Virus record (IMG/VR): IMGVR_UViG_3300010396_000001
Location: 4,320 to 68,319 of that record
DNA length: 64,000 bases
Origin: a virus
Lineage: Duplodnaviria > Heunggongvirae > Uroviricota > Caudoviricetes
Strand: one strand, 5' to 3'
Positions 62,096-64,000 of this stretch are shown here, piece after piece. Each line of letters starts with the position of its first letter. The first letter of the stretch is position 1. The notes beneath the pieces are model-generated. The model was given only the letters and a program-made list of their open reading frames with translations, did no database searches and was not told the DNA's origin. The translations under genes were made by a program, and so were the position numbers.

Positions 62096-62152
62096 CCGCT
62101 CTCCTGCGCCGGCCGGCCCGGAAGGAGCAGAGGACCCCGGAGGAGGCACCAG

Positions 62153-62662
62153 GTGGCACGGTACTTCAGTACGGTCGAGTCAGCGACGGCCATTGTCGGC
62201 AGCAGCGCCCCGTCCGGCAGCAACGCCAACTCGCTGTTCGCGAACCTGGTGGGCTCCACCACGATGCCGCTCAAGGTGCGCCGGATCACCCTCGGCGTGC
62301 GGGCCGGCGTCGGCGCGCCGACCAGCCAGCAGATGACCGTGGCGGTGATCCGGACCACGGCCCGCGGCACGGCGAGCACGACCAATGCCGCCAAGGCCCT
62401 GGACGGCTCGAACACCTCGACGGCTTTCTGCCCCGGCCTGGACGTGGCCTGGACCGCCGTCCCCACGGCCACCTGGACGGCCCCGTACTACTACGAGTTC
62501 ACCGTCAACACCCAGGCCACTCCTGACCTGCCCTACGAGCTGCTGGAGGAGCTGACGGTGGCCCCGGCTGCCTCCAACGCCAACGGCCTGGCCTTCTTCA
62601 ACGTGGGCAATGCCCTGCCGACCAGCCATCTGTACACGCTGGCCGTGGAGTGGGAAGAGTGA
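62153..62662 (+). CDS. Putative virion protein
   Basis: GGAGG RBS; beta-rich, ends VEWEE. Confidence 0.65.
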   Translation: MARYFSTVESATAIVGSSAPSGSNANSLFANLVGSTTMPLKVRRITLGVRAGVGAPTSQQMTVAVIRTTARGTASTTNAAKALDGSNTSTAFCPGLDVAWTAVPTATWTAPYYYEFTVNTQATPDLPYELLEELTVAPAASNANGLAFFNVGNALPTSHLYTLAVEWEE

Positions 62663-62724
62663 CCTTCCTGTCCGGATTGTCCTCCCCGGAAGGCCCGGAG
62701 GCTAGCTGATCCCGGGAGTTGCCA

Positions 62725-64000
62725 GTGCCGGTCTTGCGCGCAGGAGCCTCCGGGTCGGTCACGGCCGCTGTCGGCACCACGCTCGCCTCGACGCTGCCCT
62801 CCGGTGCCCGGCAGAACGACATCATCTCGATCTGGTGCGCCTCGGTCTCGGCGTCCAACACGTTCTCCTCGCCGGGATTCACCGCGGCGCCGCCCGTCAG
62901 CGGCGCCGGGGGGCAGGGCTCTGTCCAGCTGCTGTCCAAGATCAACTACGGGCCTGATCCCGCAGGGGCCACCTACACCGTCACGGCCTCATCGCCGGAC
63001 GTGTTCGGGCAGGCGATTTTCGCCTACGGCGGCAATGACCAGCTGATCGTCCTCGACGGGGGCGCGCTGTCCGGCGCGGTCGGCGCATCGCCCGGCACCA
63101 CGGTCTCCTCGCAGTCGCTGACCATCACCCAGCGCGGCGACATCCTGGCGTGGCTCGGCTTCGCCATCGTCCCCGCCGGCACGATCACCCTGACCGCGCC
63201 CGCCGGATATGCCACCGAGATCGCCCAGTTCACCTCCAGTGTCACCGGGGCCAGCCAGGTCACGATGATGATGGCCGACTTCAGCGGCACCGTGCCGCCG
63301 GGCGCCACCGGGGCGGTCTCCGGGACGGCGTCGGCATCCGGCATCAGCGGCGCCGTGCTGCTGGGCATCCCCGCCGTTCAGCCAGTACCGCGGTTCCTGG
63401 GACGCCCGTCCCGGACGAGGCTCGCGCCGAAACTGCGCCGCAGCCGGACCGTGCAGCCGGTGCAGCAGACCGGCGGCCTTTTCCCCGTATTCACCCGGCA
63501 GCGCCCGCGGCCCGTGCAGGCGCCCCGCAACTGGTCCCGCGGGCGCGTCTTCCAGGCGCCCTTCACGCAGGGCAACCGGGGCGGCCCGTGGCCGGTCATG
63601 GTCATCACCCAGCGGTTCCGGCCGCTGCAGGCAGCCTGGTCCGCGAGCCGGTTCCGGCGCGGCCGGGTCTTTGCCCCTCCGGGCATCGCGCAAGGGCCGC
63701 AGGCGCCCCGGTGGGTGCCTCAGCAGGTCATCAGCCGGCCATCGTGGCGTCGCGTGGCTCCCCGGCTGCGGCGCAGCCAGGTCTTCGCCCCGGCTCCGCA
63801 GAAGCAGGCCACCGGAGCGCCCTGGGCGATGTTCCGCCGGGTCCGCAGCCGTGATGCCGAGGGCTTCCGGATCTACCGCAAGCGCGTCTGGGCTCCCCGC
63901 ATGAGCCAGGGCCCGCTGCCGGCGGGCACGCCGCCGGTCATGCGGCCGAGATCCCGGCCGCGTCCCTGGTGGTACCGCCGCCAGGGCCGCGTGTTCGTGG
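62725..64000 (+). CDS. Partial ORF: beta-rich N-terminal domain plus Arg/Pro-rich repeats; runs off the window end
   Basis: Translated by hand from GTG 62725 (GGGAG RBS) with no stop to 64000; absent from the ORF track. Confidence 0.65.
   Translation, partial: MPVLRAGASGSVTAAVGTTLASTLPSGARQNDIISIWCASVSASNTFSSPGFTAAPPVSGAGGQGSVQLLSKINYGPDPAGATYTVTASSPDVFGQAIFAYGGNDQLIVLDGGALSGAVGASPGTTVSSQSLTITQRGDILAWLGFAIVPAGTITLTAPAGYATEIAQFTSSVTGASQVTMMMADFSGTVPPGATGAVSGTASASGISGAVLLGIPAVQPVPRFLGRPSRTRLAPKLRRSRTVQPVQQTGGLFPVFTRQRPRPVQAPRNWSRGRVFQAPFTQGNRGGPWPVMVITQRFRPLQAAWSASRFRRGRVFAPPGIAQGPQAPRWVPQQVISRPSWRRVAPRLRRSQVFAPAPQKQATGAPWAMFRRVRSRDAEGFRIYRKRVWAPRMSQGPLPAGTPPVMRPRSRPRPWWYRRQGRVFV

Noticed and set aside
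1-64000. Genome-wide TAG reassignment (code 15-like)
   Set aside because: Genes are full length under code 11, and several TAG stops are followed directly by terminators, promoters or convergent genes.
1-64000. Diversity-generating retroelement, retron or integrase
   Set aside because: No reverse transcriptase or recombinase motifs, and no adenine-variant repeat pairs were noticed.

Overview
The whole window reads as part of a large, high-GC actinobacterial myovirus genome, with no host genes, integrase or CRISPR array. The tail sheath, tail tube and baseplate order recalls Bxz1/cluster C-type and Rhodococcus E3-type myoviruses; that comparison is from recall, not a search. Bases 1-13.2 kb are an accessory region: two vWA proteins, an RlaP-like nucleotidyltransferase, a PTH2-like peptidyl-tRNA hydrolase, a Thg1-like 3'-5' polymerase, and several secreted or membrane proteins. 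Bases 13.5-52 kb are the neck, tail and baseplate module: sheath, tube, tail chaperone with a -1 frameshift, tape measure, hub, baseplate wedges and fibres. Inserted there are Lsr2, a secreted LysM-Rpf protein, a secreted NlpC/P60 protein and antisense morons. Bases 52-64 kb hold an HNH nuclease, a DinG helicase, a phosphoesterase, an SNF2-like helicase, a DUF1906-type endolysin and further virion genes. Capsid, portal and terminase genes were not recognised here. The most unusual signal is a set of non-coding RNAs: (i) a canonical tRNA with a CUA (amber) anticodon; (ii) directly upstream and apparently co-transcribed, a ~150-nt RNA of five hairpins closed by a 15-bp stem; (iii) a tRNA-shaped RNA whose two central loops are perfectly complementary, preceded by a mini tRNA-like element; and (iv) a 6C-like RNA with C-rich loops. 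Also notable are an 11-copy palindromic operator (YAA-N6-TTR), a CGGAAG start-associated motif before virion genes, and a possible ubiquitin-like (C-terminal GG) protein with a coupled partner gene. All protein family calls come from motif recognition and need HMM or structure confirmation.
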